A stretch of 61,620 nt of DNA, counting the filler, from Actinomycetota bacterium (lineage in GTDB: Bacteria; Actinomycetota; CADDZG01; JAHWKV01; JAOPZY01), in the NCBI GenBank assembly GCA_025963875.1. It is 5 parts of 5 records of this genome, joined end to end, with 100 filler letters (N's around TTAATTAATTAA, not from the genome) between each part and the next. Parts side by side here need not be neighbours in the genome. Positions count along the whole stretch, not along the records: positions 36,673 to 46,792 come from JAOPZY010000253.1; positions 46,893 to 52,493 come from JAOPZY010000011.1; positions 52,594 to 61,620 come from JAOPZY010000167.1; 2 more parts are not named here. The stretch is one strand, 5' to 3'. Numbering within the stretch: the first letter of the stretch is position 1; every line of letters starts with the position of its first letter. A program made the translations under genes and the position numbers. Shown in pieces: positions 44,016-53,646 of the stretch. The notes beneath the pieces were generated by a model, which saw only the letters and a program-made list of their open reading frames with translations, searched no databases and was not told the origin of the DNA.

Positions 44016-45197
44016 TCAGTCCAGGCGCCCGAGGATATGACGCCCGATCACGACCCGTTGTATCTGCCCCGTGCCTTCGAAGATGTCGTAGACCTTGATG
44101 TCCCGGAACCACTTCTCCACGAGGTGCTCCCGGGAGTAGCCCTCCGGTCCCATGATCTCGATGGCGCTCACGCAGGCCCGCAGCGCCGCTCGGGGGCCGG
44201 ATGCCTTCGCCATCGAGGCCTCCTTCGAGTTGGGAATCCGGTTGTCGGCCATCCAGGCGGCCCTTCGGGCAAGCCCCCGGGCAGCGGCGAGGTCGCGTTC
44301 GGTCGCCGCCAGGCGGGCTTCGACGAACGGCCGGCGGCGGGCGTGCCGGGGGATCTCCGTCCTCGACCATTCCGTGACGTAGTCGAAGGCGGCCCGGCCG
44401 ATCCCGATGGCCATGGCGGCGACGCCCGGGCGGGAGGCGTCGAAGGCCCGCAGGGTGGCCTTGAATCCCGAGGCCGGGCGCAGGGCCTCCTCGCCGCCGA
44501 CGATGTGGTCGAACGGGATGCGGCAGCCGTCGAAGACGAGCTCGGCGGTCTCGGACGCCGTCAACCCGAGCTTGCGCTCGATCCTGCCGACCGCCATCCC
44601 GGGGGTGCCCTTCAGGACGACAAAGAGCCGCTGGCCCGATCGACCGGCCCCCGGGTCGATGGTGGCATTGACGACGAGGACGTCGGCTCGTGCCCCGTTC
44701 GTGCAGAAGACCTTCGTGCCGTTGAGCACCCACTCGTCCCCGTCGCGCACCGCGGTCGTCCTCAGGTTCGAGACGTCGGAACCGGCCTGGGCCTCCGTCA
44801 CCGCGAGCGCCCCGAAGCGGGGGCCAGCGCCGTCGAAGATTTCCGCGAGAAACCGCCGTTGCTGGTCCGGCGTGCCGGCGGACGAGATCGACGGCCCGAC
44901 GAGGCCCGGGCCGGGGATGTTCAGGATCATCGCCGCGTCGCCCCACGCCAGCTCTTCGCCGCCCACCACCGCCACCATCCCGTCGGAGCGTGGCCCATCG
45001 TGGCCTTCATCCGACCGGAGGGAGGGAACGATCGCCGCCCGGTCCCCGGCCATCTCGCCGAGCCTGGCGATGACCTCGGGCTCGACGGTTCCCGAGACAT
45101 CGGCGGCTCGGGCCCGCGGCCGCAACTCGTCGACGGCGAAGCCGTGCAGGAACTCCCGCAGCGCCTCCATGCGGTCGTCGAGGGCGAAGTCGATCAC
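44016..45197 (-). CDS. Acyl-CoA dehydrogenase (catalytic subunit, FadE23-like)
   Basis: EELAWGD, TEAQAGSD, WVLNGTK, KWFRDIKVYDIFEGT. Confidence 0.9.
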   Translation of the reverse strand: MIDFALDDRMEALREFLHGFAVDELRPRARAADVSGTVEPEVIARLGEMAGDRAAIVPSLRSDEGHDGPRSDGMVAVVGGEELAWGDAAMILNIPGPGLVGPSISSAGTPDQQRRFLAEIFDGAGPRFGALAVTEAQAGSDVSNLRTTAVRDGDEWVLNGTKVFCTNGARADVLVVNATIDPGAGRSGQRLFVVLKGTPGMAVGRIERKLGLTASETAELVFDGCRIPFDHIVGGEEALRPASGFKATLRAFDASRPGVAAMAIGIGRAAFDYVTEWSRTEIPRHARRRPFVEARLAATERDLAAARGLARRAAWMADNRIPNSKEASMAKASGPRAALRACVSAIEIMGPEGYSREHLVEKWFRDIKVYDIFEGTGQIQRVVIGRHILGRLD

Positions 45198-46282
45198 GGG
45201 AGTCCGCCCGCCTGGTACCGGCCCGCGAGGAAAAGGTCGCCAATGAGCCACGGGGCGTCGAGGGTTGCCAGGGTCATGGCGTCCCGGTACCACAGCTCGA
45301 CGGGGTGGTCCCGCATGTAGCCGTGGCCGCCCAGGACCTGGACGGCATCGTCCGACGCGGCCACGGCCGCCGCAACCGCCTGCCCGCAGGCGGCCATCAC
45401 CAGCCGGTCGGCGCCCGGGCGGGCGGCGTCCAGCGCCCACCCCGCCTCCCAGCAGAGCAGTCGGGCCGCGTCCAGGTCGGTCGCCCGGTCCGCGATCATG
45501 AAGGAGATCCCCTGGAAGGCGCCGATCGGCCGCCCGAATGCGGTGCGCTCGCTGGCGTAGGCGGCGGCGTACTCGACGGCGGCGCGCGCCAGGCCGAGCG
45601 CGATGCCGGCCGTCACAAGCTTGGCCGCCAGCAACGCCGCAACCACGTCGTCGGTGCCGGTGCCGATCTCTTCGGCCCCCATGCCATCCAGACCGAGCTT
45701 GAGGGTCCGTGCCGACCGCAGCCCGAGCTTGTCCTCCGCAACGGCTTCCGCCCATGCCCCCGTGACAACTCGCCAGATCGACGGACCCTCTGCGACGACG
45801 ATGAGCGAGCCCGCGGGGCCGGGGTCGGGGACCGCGTACTTCACGCCATGCAAGCGCCCCGTGTCCGCCGTCGTGTCCATCCGGAAGATGTCGGCCCCGG
45901 CCTCCCGCTCGGTGAGGGCCAGGGCGGCCCGTCCCCCGGCGGCGAGCCCCGGCAGGAGGTCGGCCTGCTGCTCGGGCGTGGCCGCCCGCTGCAGCACTGA
46001 CGCCACCACCCCGGGGGCCAGCACGGAGTAGGCCACGCCGGGGTCCCCCCACGCGAGCTCCTCGGCGATCATCAGGCCCGTGACGGCGTCGAAGGTCCCC
46101 TGGCCCCCGAATGCCTCGGCGACCCCCGTGGACACCCCTATCTCCACCAGCGCGGCGCGGAGCGCCCCCGCCACCTCGCCGGCCTCCTCGCAGGCGCGGG
46201 CAGCGCGGCGGACCTCGCTCGCAGCGAAGTCGTGGAGCACCTCGACGAGCGACTGCTGCTCCTCGGTCGGCCTCAGATCCAT
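45194..46282 (-). CDS. Acyl-CoA dehydrogenase (partner subunit, FadE24-like)
   Basis: EELAWGD, RTAFGRPIGAFQ, VQVLGGHGYMRDHPVELWYRD; GTGA overlap with the next gene. Confidence 0.88.
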   Translation of the reverse strand: MDLRPTEEQQSLVEVLHDFAASEVRRAARACEEAGEVAGALRAALVEIGVSTGVAEAFGGQGTFDAVTGLMIAEELAWGDPGVAYSVLAPGVVASVLQRAATPEQQADLLPGLAAGGRAALALTEREAGADIFRMDTTADTGRLHGVKYAVPDPGPAGSLIVVAEGPSIWRVVTGAWAEAVAEDKLGLRSARTLKLGLDGMGAEEIGTGTDDVVAALLAAKLVTAGIALGLARAAVEYAAAYASERTAFGRPIGAFQGISFMIADRATDLDAARLLCWEAGWALDAARPGADRLVMAACGQAVAAAVAASDDAVQVLGGHGYMRDHPVELWYRDAMTLATLDAPWLIGDLFLAGRYQAGGLP

Positions 46283-46437
46283 CGGTGGTGCAAGCTTGCC
46301 ACGAAGCGACCGTCCGATGTGGAACCCAGCGATGCTCAGCTGGCTGTTAGCGGCCTGTGAGCTAATTCTAAGATTCGGGAAGGACGATCGGGACCATCGA
46401 AAACCCGCAAACGACCCGTAACGAAAGGAGATGACCA

Positions 46438-46792
46438 ATGAGCTGGTTCCCGGACCGCCGCGCCGACATCCCCGAAGGCCCCAGCATCTCGGCCGAGACA
46501 CTGCTGCGGCCCGCCGCCATCGTCGGGCTCCTTGCCATCGCCTTGATCCATTTCCTCGACCTCTTCGGCACCATAAAGGACCACGTCTACATCGGGGTGC
46601 TCTACATGCTCCTCATCGTCGCCTGCCTCACGGCCGCCAGCGCGCTCCTCGGCCGTAGGCCACGCCGGGCCTGGATGCTGACCGCTGCCGTCGCAGCCGG
46701 ACCCTTCCTCGCCTACGTCGTCAGCAGGTCGGTCGGCCTGCCGGGGGCGTCCGAGAACATCGGCAACTGGACCGAGCCGCTCGGCCTCGCTG
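46438..46792 (+). CDS. Hypothetical membrane protein (3' truncated)
   Basis: RBS AAAGGAG; three hydrophobic segments; SRSVGLPG...IGNWTEPLGL. Confidence 0.75.
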
Positions 46793-46892
46793 NNNNNNNN
46801 NNNNNNNNNNNNNNNNNNNNNNNNNNNNNNNNNNNNTTAATTAATTAANNNNNNNNNNNNNNNNNNNNNNNNNNNNNNNNNNNNNNNNNNNN
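46793..46892. other. Artificial contig linker
   Basis: N44-TTAATTAATTAA-N44. Confidence 0.99.
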
Positions 46893-48131
46893 GATGGAGT
46901 TTCTTCGCAGCTCCAGGAAGCTGCGTTCCGCCATGTTGGCCGTCAGGGCGATCCCGGCGTCGTACGAGAGGATCGCCTCCGCGTCGCGCCCGAGACGGCG
47001 AAGGAGGTCGGCTCGGATGGCGTGGTACAGGTGGTAGTTGTCGAGGTGCAATGAGTCGAGGGTTGCCAGGGCCGCCTCGCCCCCCTCGACCTCTGCGACG
47101 GCCACGGCACGGTTGAGGGCGACCACCGGGCTTGGAGCCACTGCGAGGAGCTGGTCGTAGAGCGCCAGGATCTGGCGCCAGTCGGTGCCGGCGGCATCCG
47201 GGGCGTCGCTGTGGACGGCCTGGATGGCCGCCTGGATCTGGTAGGGCCCCGGCTGGTTGCGCCGCAGGCAGGCGCGGACGATGGCCTGGCCCTCGGCGAT
47301 GAGGTCCCGGCTCCACAGGCTGCGGTCCTGGTCGGCCAGCAGGACGAGCGCCCCGGCGGGAGAGGTGCGGGCGGCACGGCGTGCGTCGGTGAGCAGCATG
47401 AGCCCAAGGAGGCCCATCGCCTCGGGCTCGTCGGGCATCAGGTCTGCCAGAACGCGGCCGAGACGGACGGCCTCGGCGCAGAGGTCCGCCCGAACCAGGT
47501 CATCGCCGGAGCTTGCCGTGTACCCCTCGTTGAAGATCAGGTAGACGACGGCGAGCACTGCTCGCAGGCGGCCGGGGAGCTCGGATTCGCTTGGCACCCG
47601 ATAGGGGATGCCGGCGGCCCGGATCTTGCCCTTGGCCCGCACGAGGCGCTGCGCCATGGTCGGTTCGGGAACCAGGAAGGCCCGTGCGATCTCGCCAGTG
47701 TCGAGGCCTCCGAGCAGCCGCAGGGTCAGGGCGACCTGGGCGCTGACCGCAAGCGACGGGTGGCAGCAGGTGAAGATCAGGCGGAGCCGGTCGTCGCGCA
47801 CTGCCACCTCCTCGGAGTGTCCTTCGTCGCCGGCCTGGATGCGCTGCGCCTCGGCGTGGCGATCGTCGCGGGAAGCCTCACGGCGGAGCCGGTCGATCGC
47901 CCGGTTGCGGGCGGTGGTGATGATCCAGCCGGCCGGGCTGGGCGGGACCCCCATGGACGGCCAGCGCTGCACCGCCACGGCGAAGGCATCCTGGACCGCC
48001 TCTTCGGCGAGGTCGATGTCGCCGAAGACTCGGATGAGGACCGCCACAGCCCGGCCGTACTGCTCACGGAATGTCTGTTCGATCTCGCCGAGGTGAGCTG
48101 CCACGTCGCCGTCAGCCCTCTTCGAAGTCAT
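46893..48131 (-). CDS. ECF42-type sigma factor with C-terminal TPR extension (3' end at the contig edge)
   Basis: [57 protein letters not shown]; next to a DGPF gene. Confidence 0.9.
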
Positions 48132-48471
48132 CCTGGAACGGCCGGACCTCGACCGGGGCGGCGCACGCAACGGTGGCCTTCGCGGCCCAGGCGAGGGCAG
48201 CGTCGAGGTCGGGGACCTTGATGACCCAGAAGCCCCCGACATGCTCCTTGCCCTCGGCGAAGGGACCGTCGGTGGTGAGCACGTCGCCGTCCTGCACCTT
48301 GACGACGGTTGCGGTGGTCGGCGGGTGCAGACCTCCCGCGAACACCCACACGCCAGCCGACTGCAACTCGGCGTTGACGGCCTCGACATCCGCGTACATC
48401 TTCTGGAGCACCTCGGGCGCCGGCACGGGGCTTCCTTCGACGTCGTGCACGGTGAGCATGTACTGCTTCAT
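48112..48471 (-). CDS. YciI/DGPF family protein
   Basis: [32 protein letters not shown]. Confidence 0.92.
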   Translation of the reverse strand: MKQYMLTVHDVEGSPVPAPEVLQKMYADVEAVNAELQSAGVWVFAGGLHPPTTATVVKVQDGDVLTTDGPFAEGKEHVGGFWVIKVPDLDAALAWAAKATVACAAPVEVRPFQDDFEEG

Positions 48472-48530
48472 TGGACTCTCCTCTCCTGGTTGGTTTGCTT
48501 CACGTGGTGGGGTCTGGTTGCACAGCCAAA

Positions 48531-49106
48531 CTACTGAGCCCGGTAGGTGAGCAGCAGGACGCCGTCGCCAGCGGTCCCGCACTCCGTGAGGGCGAGCCTG
48601 GTGGCGTCGCTCGTCTCGGCGAACAGACGCTTGCCGCTGCCGAGCACGATCGGGAAGACCATCAGCCGGTACTCGTCGACGAGGCCGTACTCCATGAGGC
48701 TGTGGACCAGGCCGCAGCTCCCCGCCACCAGGACGTCGCCCCCTGGCTGGGCCTTCAGCCTGGCGATCTCACCGGCGACGTCGCCCCGGATCACCTCGCT
48801 GTTCTCCCAGGTGGCTTCCTCGTCGGTCAGCGTCGTGGAGACGACGTACTTGCGCATGCTGTTCATCTTCTGGGCGAAGCCGTCATCGTCGGTTATCGAT
48901 GGCCACGCCTTGGCGAACCCCTGGTAGGTCACCCGCCCCAGCAGAAGGGCGTCGCTGGCCAACAGCTCGTCGAGCTTGAACTTGTTGCCGTCGTCGCCCC
49001 GGTCGAACGTGAAGGTCCAGCCGCCGTGCTTGTAACCCTCGGCCCCGCCGGGGTCTTCCATCACGCCGTCCAGCGAAACGAACTCCGTCACCACGAGCTT
49101 TGCCAT
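48531..49106 (-). CDS. Dihydrofolate reductase/RibD C-terminal family protein
   Basis: FVSLDGV, LLLGRVTY, LVDEYRLMVFPIVLGSGKRLF. Confidence 0.9.
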   Translation of the reverse strand: MAKLVVTEFVSLDGVMEDPGGAEGYKHGGWTFTFDRGDDGNKFKLDELLASDALLLGRVTYQGFAKAWPSITDDDGFAQKMNSMRKYVVSTTLTDEEATWENSEVIRGDVAGEIARLKAQPGGDVLVAGSCGLVHSLMEYGLVDEYRLMVFPIVLGSGKRLFAETSDATRLALTECGTAGDGVLLLTYRAQ

Positions 49107-49159
49107 GATCTCGCCTCCTGTCTCTCGATGCCGGCCCCGCGCCAGCGTTTCGCCTCCTA

Positions 49160-49186
49160 CACGAACGGGTCGGGCCAGTTTCGACA
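49160..49186 (-). promoter_or_regulatory. Candidate ECF42-dependent promoter
   Basis: Minus strand TGTCGA-17 nt-CGTG upstream of the DHFR-DGPF-sigma genes; resembles the ECF42 consensus (TGTCGA / CG(A/T)C). Confidence 0.6.
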
Positions 49187-49341
49187 GCAAGGCCGAAGAA
49201 AGGACAAAACGGTGTGGCCGAGGCGGTGAATGCCAAAGTACACAGCCAGCAGATAATGTGGTTTCGCCGCTTGGTGACATGGCGATGGGGGCGGACTCGA
49301 TTCCCGTCCGGCTCCGCCAAAAGGCCTGAGGAGGCGACCAG

Positions 49342-49740
49342 ATGTTAAGGAACGCCAAGGCGATCCCCGGTTTCTCCGTGGACGACGTGGCGCAGGCCAA
49401 GGAGTTCTACGGAACGACCTTGGGACTCGATGTTGCCGATGCTCCCCTCGGTGTTGAAGGTGCCGACGTACCGACCGGCCTCGAGATCCGCTTCGCCAAT
49501 GGGATGACTATCCTGATCTACCCGAAGCCGGACCACACCCCTGCGACATTCACCATCCTGAATTTTGTGATCGACGACCTCGAACGGGCTGTGGATGAGC
49601 TGACCGCGCGCGGCGTGAAGTTCGAGCACTACACGGAGCCGAGGACGGATGCGAAGGGCATCCATAGAACGCCCGAGGTGCGACCCGTTGCCTGGTTCCG
49701 AGACCCTGCCGGCAACATCCTGTCGCTCGTCGAGGCGTGA
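49342..49740 (+). CDS. VOC/glyoxalase family protein
   Basis: FSVDD..AKEFY, PATFTILNF, VAWFRDPAGNILS; RBS GAGGAGG. Confidence 0.9.
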   Translation: MLRNAKAIPGFSVDDVAQAKEFYGTTLGLDVADAPLGVEGADVPTGLEIRFANGMTILIYPKPDHTPATFTILNFVIDDLERAVDELTARGVKFEHYTEPRTDAKGIHRTPEVRPVAWFRDPAGNILSLVEA

Positions 49741-49744
49741 CACG

Positions 49745-50203
49745 ATGGCCGTGCCCTCCCATCCCCCCGGCGATTCGGTGCAGCGCGAGGTCGGCGGTTG
49801 GCCGGGCGTGACCGTCCTGCCCCATCGGTTCGGTGGCGTTGAGTTCCGTCTCGGCCGAGTCGAGCTCGGCCACTTGCACGGCGACACCCTCGCCGACCTC
49901 CCCTTCCCCAGAACCATCCGAGACGAGCTCGTCGGTTCCGGCCGCGCTCGCCCCCATCACGTGCTGCCGGATTCCGGGTGGGTGAGCCGCCCGATACGGG
50001 GTCCGGACGACGTGCCCGAGGTGGTTGCCCTCTTCCGGCTCAACTACGAACGCATCACGGCGAGAAGCCGGAACCGGCCTGAGGGCGCCGAACCCCCCTC
50101 AGCGGGTGCCCCGGGCGGCCGCCAGCACGTCGTCGCAGACGGCGGGCATCCCGGTCTCGTCGGCGGCCCGCTGGGTGAGCACCACGACGGTGAGGTCCTG
50201 TAA
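49745..50203 (+). CDS. DUF5519 / luciferase-like small protein
   Basis: HRFGGVEF, ELGHLHG, PHHVLPDSGWV, LFRLNYE; low-complexity tail overlaps the adjacent remnant. Confidence 0.75.
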   Translation: MAVPSHPPGDSVQREVGGWPGVTVLPHRFGGVEFRLGRVELGHLHGDTLADLPFPRTIRDELVGSGRARPHHVLPDSGWVSRPIRGPDDVPEVVALFRLNYERITARSRNRPEGAEPPSAGAPGGRQHVVADGGHPGLVGGPLGEHHDGEVL

Positions 50204-50351
50204 GGGCCCGATCGACCACACCGTCCGGACGACACCACGTGCAGGTGTCGCCGCGCGCCACGGCCGCAACGACACCCTCCGCCACCGCCTGCCCAACGAC
50301 CTCGTCAATCCGAGCCAGCACCGAGCCTTCGAATCTAGCCGGGTCGCCCAT
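50099..50351 (-). pseudogene. Serine hydrolase (beta-lactamase family) remnant with large internal deletion
   Basis: N-terminal GVVAAVARGD in one frame abuts C-terminal DLTVVVLTQRAADETG...DDVLAAAR* in another; no SxxK core. Confidence 0.5.
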
Positions 50352-50414
50352 GCCGCCACCCTACCGACTACGTGATCGCCCACTGCCCACAAGGCCACGC
50401 AGCCGTCAAGACCT

Positions 50415-51266
50415 TCAAGGACCGCCGCCTGTCCCACCGCCTGCTGAGCTACCGCCTTCCGGTCCCTGGGGCGACATCGGCTTGCCTTGCCGGTACATCT
50501 GGGGCGGCTTGCTGCCGGCGGACTGCCCGCCGTCGATCGGGATGACGGCCCCGGTCACGAACGAGGACAGCGGCGAGCAAAGCCAGAGCACCACCTGGGC
50601 GACCTCCGACACGGTGCCGACCCTGCGCATCGGGGTGGACAGCCCGGCGAGCCGCTGAGCCTCCGGGCCGGCGGCTTCGAGATGGTAGGTGAGAATGGGG
50701 CCGGGCGCCACCACGTTGACCCGGATGCCCTGATCCGCGTAGTCGAGCGCCGCCACCTTGGTCAGACCGATGATGCCGGCCTTGCCCGCCACGTAGGCCG
50801 CGAGGTTGGCCACGCCGTTCAGGCCAGCCCCCGATGCCATGTTGACGATTGTGCCGCCGCCGTTTCGGAGCATGGCACCGATCTCGAACTTCATGCCGAG
50901 AAACGTGCCGCGGATGTTCGTGGCGATGCCCCGGTCGAACTCCTCCGGGTCGATGTCGACGAGGGGAGCAGGCAGGGGGCCGTCGGTGGCGTTGTTGAAC
51001 GCCGCGTCGAGCCGGCCGTAGGTGGCAACAGCCCGATCGACCAGGTTCCGCATCGACGCCACGTCGGCAACGTCGGTGCGCACGGCGGTCGCCGTGCCGC
51101 CCCGGCCCTCGATGCGCCGGACGACCGATGCCAGCGCCTCGGTATCGCGGGCTCCCAGCACCACCGCGGCGCCGCTGGCCGCGAACGCCTCGGCGGTGGC
51201 GGCACCGATGCCTTTGCTCGCCCCGGCCACTAGCGCCACTCGGCCCGCCATCGCCAGGTCATCCAT
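50415..51266 (-). CDS. SDR family oxidoreductase
   Basis: GASKGIG, AFNNA, YVAGK, IRVNVVAPG, IDGG. Confidence 0.92.
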   Translation of the reverse strand: MDDLAMAGRVALVAGASKGIGAATAEAFAASGAAVVLGARDTEALASVVRRIEGRGGTATAVRTDVADVASMRNLVDRAVATYGRLDAAFNNATDGPLPAPLVDIDPEEFDRGIATNIRGTFLGMKFEIGAMLRNGGGTIVNMASGAGLNGVANLAAYVAGKAGIIGLTKVAALDYADQGIRVNVVAPGPILTYHLEAAGPEAQRLAGLSTPMRRVGTVSEVAQVVLWLCSPLSSFVTGAVIPIDGGQSAGSKPPQMYRQGKPMSPQGPEGGSSAGGGTGGGP

Positions 51267-51705
51267 TGGACACGCCGCCGGTTCCCGATCCGCCGGGGCC
51301 GGGGCGTCCCGGGATCGCCGGGGCGCCGGGCGTGCCCGCCATGAAGCTGAGGTGGACACCGGCGAGCCGCCGGGCACTGGGTTCGCCGACCACCAGGAGG
51401 GTGGCGCGGAGGTCCCCCGGAAGCTCGTTGCCGCGGTAGGCGCCCTGCGCCCGCTGGCGGGCGACGACGACATCCGCGCAGTCGTAGTGGCGTGCCTGGA
51501 CCTCGTCGAGGTCCAGGGCGCGGTACTTGAGATCTCCTGCCACGTGCCGCTGCAGCCATTCCTGCCTCGACAGCAGGAAGCCGAGCGGGCCAACGCCCGT
51601 GAAATCGTCGGCCAGGATGCGATCCAGTGCGGCCGTGTCCCCATCGCGCTCTGCGGCGAGCCACTCCGACACGAACACCCTGAGTCCCTCGCTGTGGTTG
51701 TCCAT
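51259..51705 (-). CDS. NTF2-like (DUF4440) protein
   Basis: GDTAALDRILADDF...GPLG; RBS AAAGGAG. Confidence 0.85.
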   Translation of the reverse strand: MDNHSEGLRVFVSEWLAAERDGDTAALDRILADDFTGVGPLGFLLSRQEWLQRHVAGDLKYRALDLDEVQARHYDCADVVVARQRAQGAYRGNELPGDLRATLLVVGEPSARRLAGVHLSFMAGTPGAPAIPGRPGPGGSGTGGVSNG

Positions 51706-51721
51706 CTGCCAGCTCCTTTCG

Positions 51722-51752
51722 TACGGTTACTCTAAGACTATAGTAACTCTAA
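51722..51752. promoter_or_regulatory. Candidate tandem TetR operators
   Basis: TACGGTTACTCTAA and TATAGTAACTCTAA, 17 bp apart, each an imperfect TAGAGT-N-ACTCTA palindrome in the divergent promoter. Confidence 0.5.
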
Positions 51753-51790
51753 AGTTAGTGTGGCAAGATAAATTCTGGTACCATGTCGTT

Positions 51791-52450
51791 ATGGAGGCCG
51801 AGGCGGGGCTGCGGGAGCGCAAGAAGCAGCAGACACGACAACTCATTGCCGAGAAGGCACGCCGGCTCTTCGACGAGCGCGGGTTCGACGCCGTCACGGT
51901 GGCGCAGGTGGCGAAGGCCGCCGACGTCTCCGAGGCGACGGTCTTCAACTACTTCCCCACCAAGGAATCCCTGTTCTACAGCCAGATGCAGGCCTTCGAG
52001 GAGGCGCTGGTCAATGCGGTCCGCCAGCGCCCGGCGGGCGAGTCCGTCCCCTCGGCGTTCCGCCGGTTCATCCACAACGGGGCGGATCGACTCGCCGAGG
52101 AGGACGCTGCCGACGCGATCCTGGCGGCGGCACGCGTCGTCGGCGCCAGCCCGGCGCTGCGAGCCCGCGAGCGCGAGATCGTCGCCGACTACACAGACGT
52201 CCTGGCCGGGCTCATCGCGCAGGAGACCCGAGCCCGCCCCGGCGATCTCGAGCCATTGGTCGTTGCCGGAGCCCTCATGGCAGCGCACCGCGCCATCGTC
52301 TCGCACGTCCGGTCAGAGGTCCTCGCGGGCCGGCGCGGCCGGGCGCTTGCCAGGGAAGCGAGAACGCAGATGAAGCGGGCCTTCGACAGGCTGGAGCGCG
52401 GGCTCGCCGGCTACGGCGTCGTCGTCAAGGAGACCTTGCCCCGGGCATGA
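51791..52450 (+). CDS. TetR/AcrR family regulator
   Basis: GLRERKKQQTR...GFDAVTVAQVA...ATVFNYFPTKE. Confidence 0.93.
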   Translation: MEAEAGLRERKKQQTRQLIAEKARRLFDERGFDAVTVAQVAKAADVSEATVFNYFPTKESLFYSQMQAFEEALVNAVRQRPAGESVPSAFRRFIHNGADRLAEEDAADAILAAARVVGASPALRAREREIVADYTDVLAGLIAQETRARPGDLEPLVVAGALMAAHRAIVSHVRSEVLAGRRGRALAREARTQMKRAFDRLERGLAGYGVVVKETLPRA

Positions 52451-52493
52451 GGTGGTTTGACGTACTCCTAGGCCTTAAGGACCTTCTTTGTGT

Positions 52494-52593
52494 NNNNNNN
52501 NNNNNNNNNNNNNNNNNNNNNNNNNNNNNNNNNNNNNTTAATTAATTAANNNNNNNNNNNNNNNNNNNNNNNNNNNNNNNNNNNNNNNNNNNN
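52494..52593. other. Artificial contig linker
   Basis: N44-TTAATTAATTAA-N44. Confidence 0.99.
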
Positions 52594-52770
52594 ACCGGCC
52601 ACTTGACCGACCACCTCAGCGTCGGGCCGGGCGGGCACTCGGGCCGGGTCGTGTACCAGGTCAAGGATCCCGGCTCCGAGGCCCTGGCGATGGTCTTCGT
52701 GATTGCCGACGACCACGTCATCTCCATGCTGGCTGGCCGCGGCGTCCAGGCCGACGGGCTCTGCGGTTGA
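52594..52770 (+). CDS. 3' end of a hypothetical protein (5' lost at the contig start)
   Basis: Open frame with GC3 bias: TGHLTDHLSVGPGGHSG...QADGLCG*. Confidence 0.5.
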   Translation, partial: TGHLTDHLSVGPGGHSGRVVYQVKDPGSEALAMVFVIADDHVISMLAGRGVQADGLCG

Positions 52771-52867
52771 AAGAGAAGAGGGGGGTCCCCACGCCTCAGT
52801 CTGAAAAAGGTATCGCCAGTCGCGTTCCCTCGTGCCGTCTTTGGAGTGCTCGGTGCTCAGCTGTTCG

Positions 52868-53184
52868 TCACCTATCACGGGCATCGTGGGCACACCGGAC
52901 TTCGGCTTCCTGGTCATCCACCTGGGAAAAGGGGCGATCAGGTACGGCACCTTCATCAACGACCTGTTGTCGTTCCTGATCCTCGCCGTGGCCGTGTCTT
53001 CTTCGTGATGAGGCCGGTGAACAGGCTCATGGCCCTGCGGAAGACCGAGCGTGAGGTGGTCGCAACGACCCGGGATTGCCCCGAGTGCCTGAGTTCAATT
53101 CCCCTGGCGGCGCGACGCTGCGCATTTTGTGGTGTGGAGCTTACGGAGGACCCGTCGTCGAGGTCCTCGTCACCATTACAATAA
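52868..53184 (+). pseudogene. mscL: Degraded large-conductance mechanosensitive channel gene
   Basis: GTPDF...IRYGTFINDLLSFLILAVAV, frameshift near 52997, then FFVMRPVNRL...CPECLSSIP...RCAFC. No recognisable N-terminal RGNVVDLAV segment. Confidence 0.75.
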
Positions 53185-53436
53185 CCGCAGCATGTAAGGC
53201 CTCGCATAAGTAAAGTTCAGTTAAGGGAGTGCCGAAGTCGCCAAGAATTCATCTACGTAACGGCATGTTGAAGATGCCGAGTCCCAAACCTCGGGCCTTG
53301 TCCCAGCCGATCTCGTCATGTCGAATGTCGGGGACGAATATCGGTACTGCCCACGGAACGTGGCCAGTCCACCCGTTTGTGCCCCACCTTTTCCGACCAA
53401 CTGTCCGGTTTCCCGCCCGGTGTCCACACTCCTTGT

Positions 53437-53467
53437 TTGTTTCACCGCGCAATACGCGGTGAAACAA
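53437..53467. repeat. Perfect 13-bp inverted repeat
   Basis: TTGTTTCACCGCG-CAATA-CGCGGTGAAACAA. Confidence 0.85.
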
Positions 53468-53646
53468 CCACAGAATTCTCACAGCATTGGCGGGAACGCC
53501 GTAGGGCGGGTGGAGCCACCACCCAGAGTGCTGAATGGCATCCACGCTGGGAGTCGACGCGCCTTTTCGCGACAGCCTGTCGGGCGTTGATTTGCGGATC
53601 CTTTCCCCTCAGACACCTCGGGGTCCCCCCACGGGAAAGGGGATGC

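Noticed and set aside
53482..53590. ZMP/ZTP riboswitch resemblance (TGGCG...GTGGAGCCACCAC)
   Set aside because: Lacks the GACTG junction and the CGCCTGGGC P3 element, and has no downstream same-strand gene; kept only as an unassigned structure.
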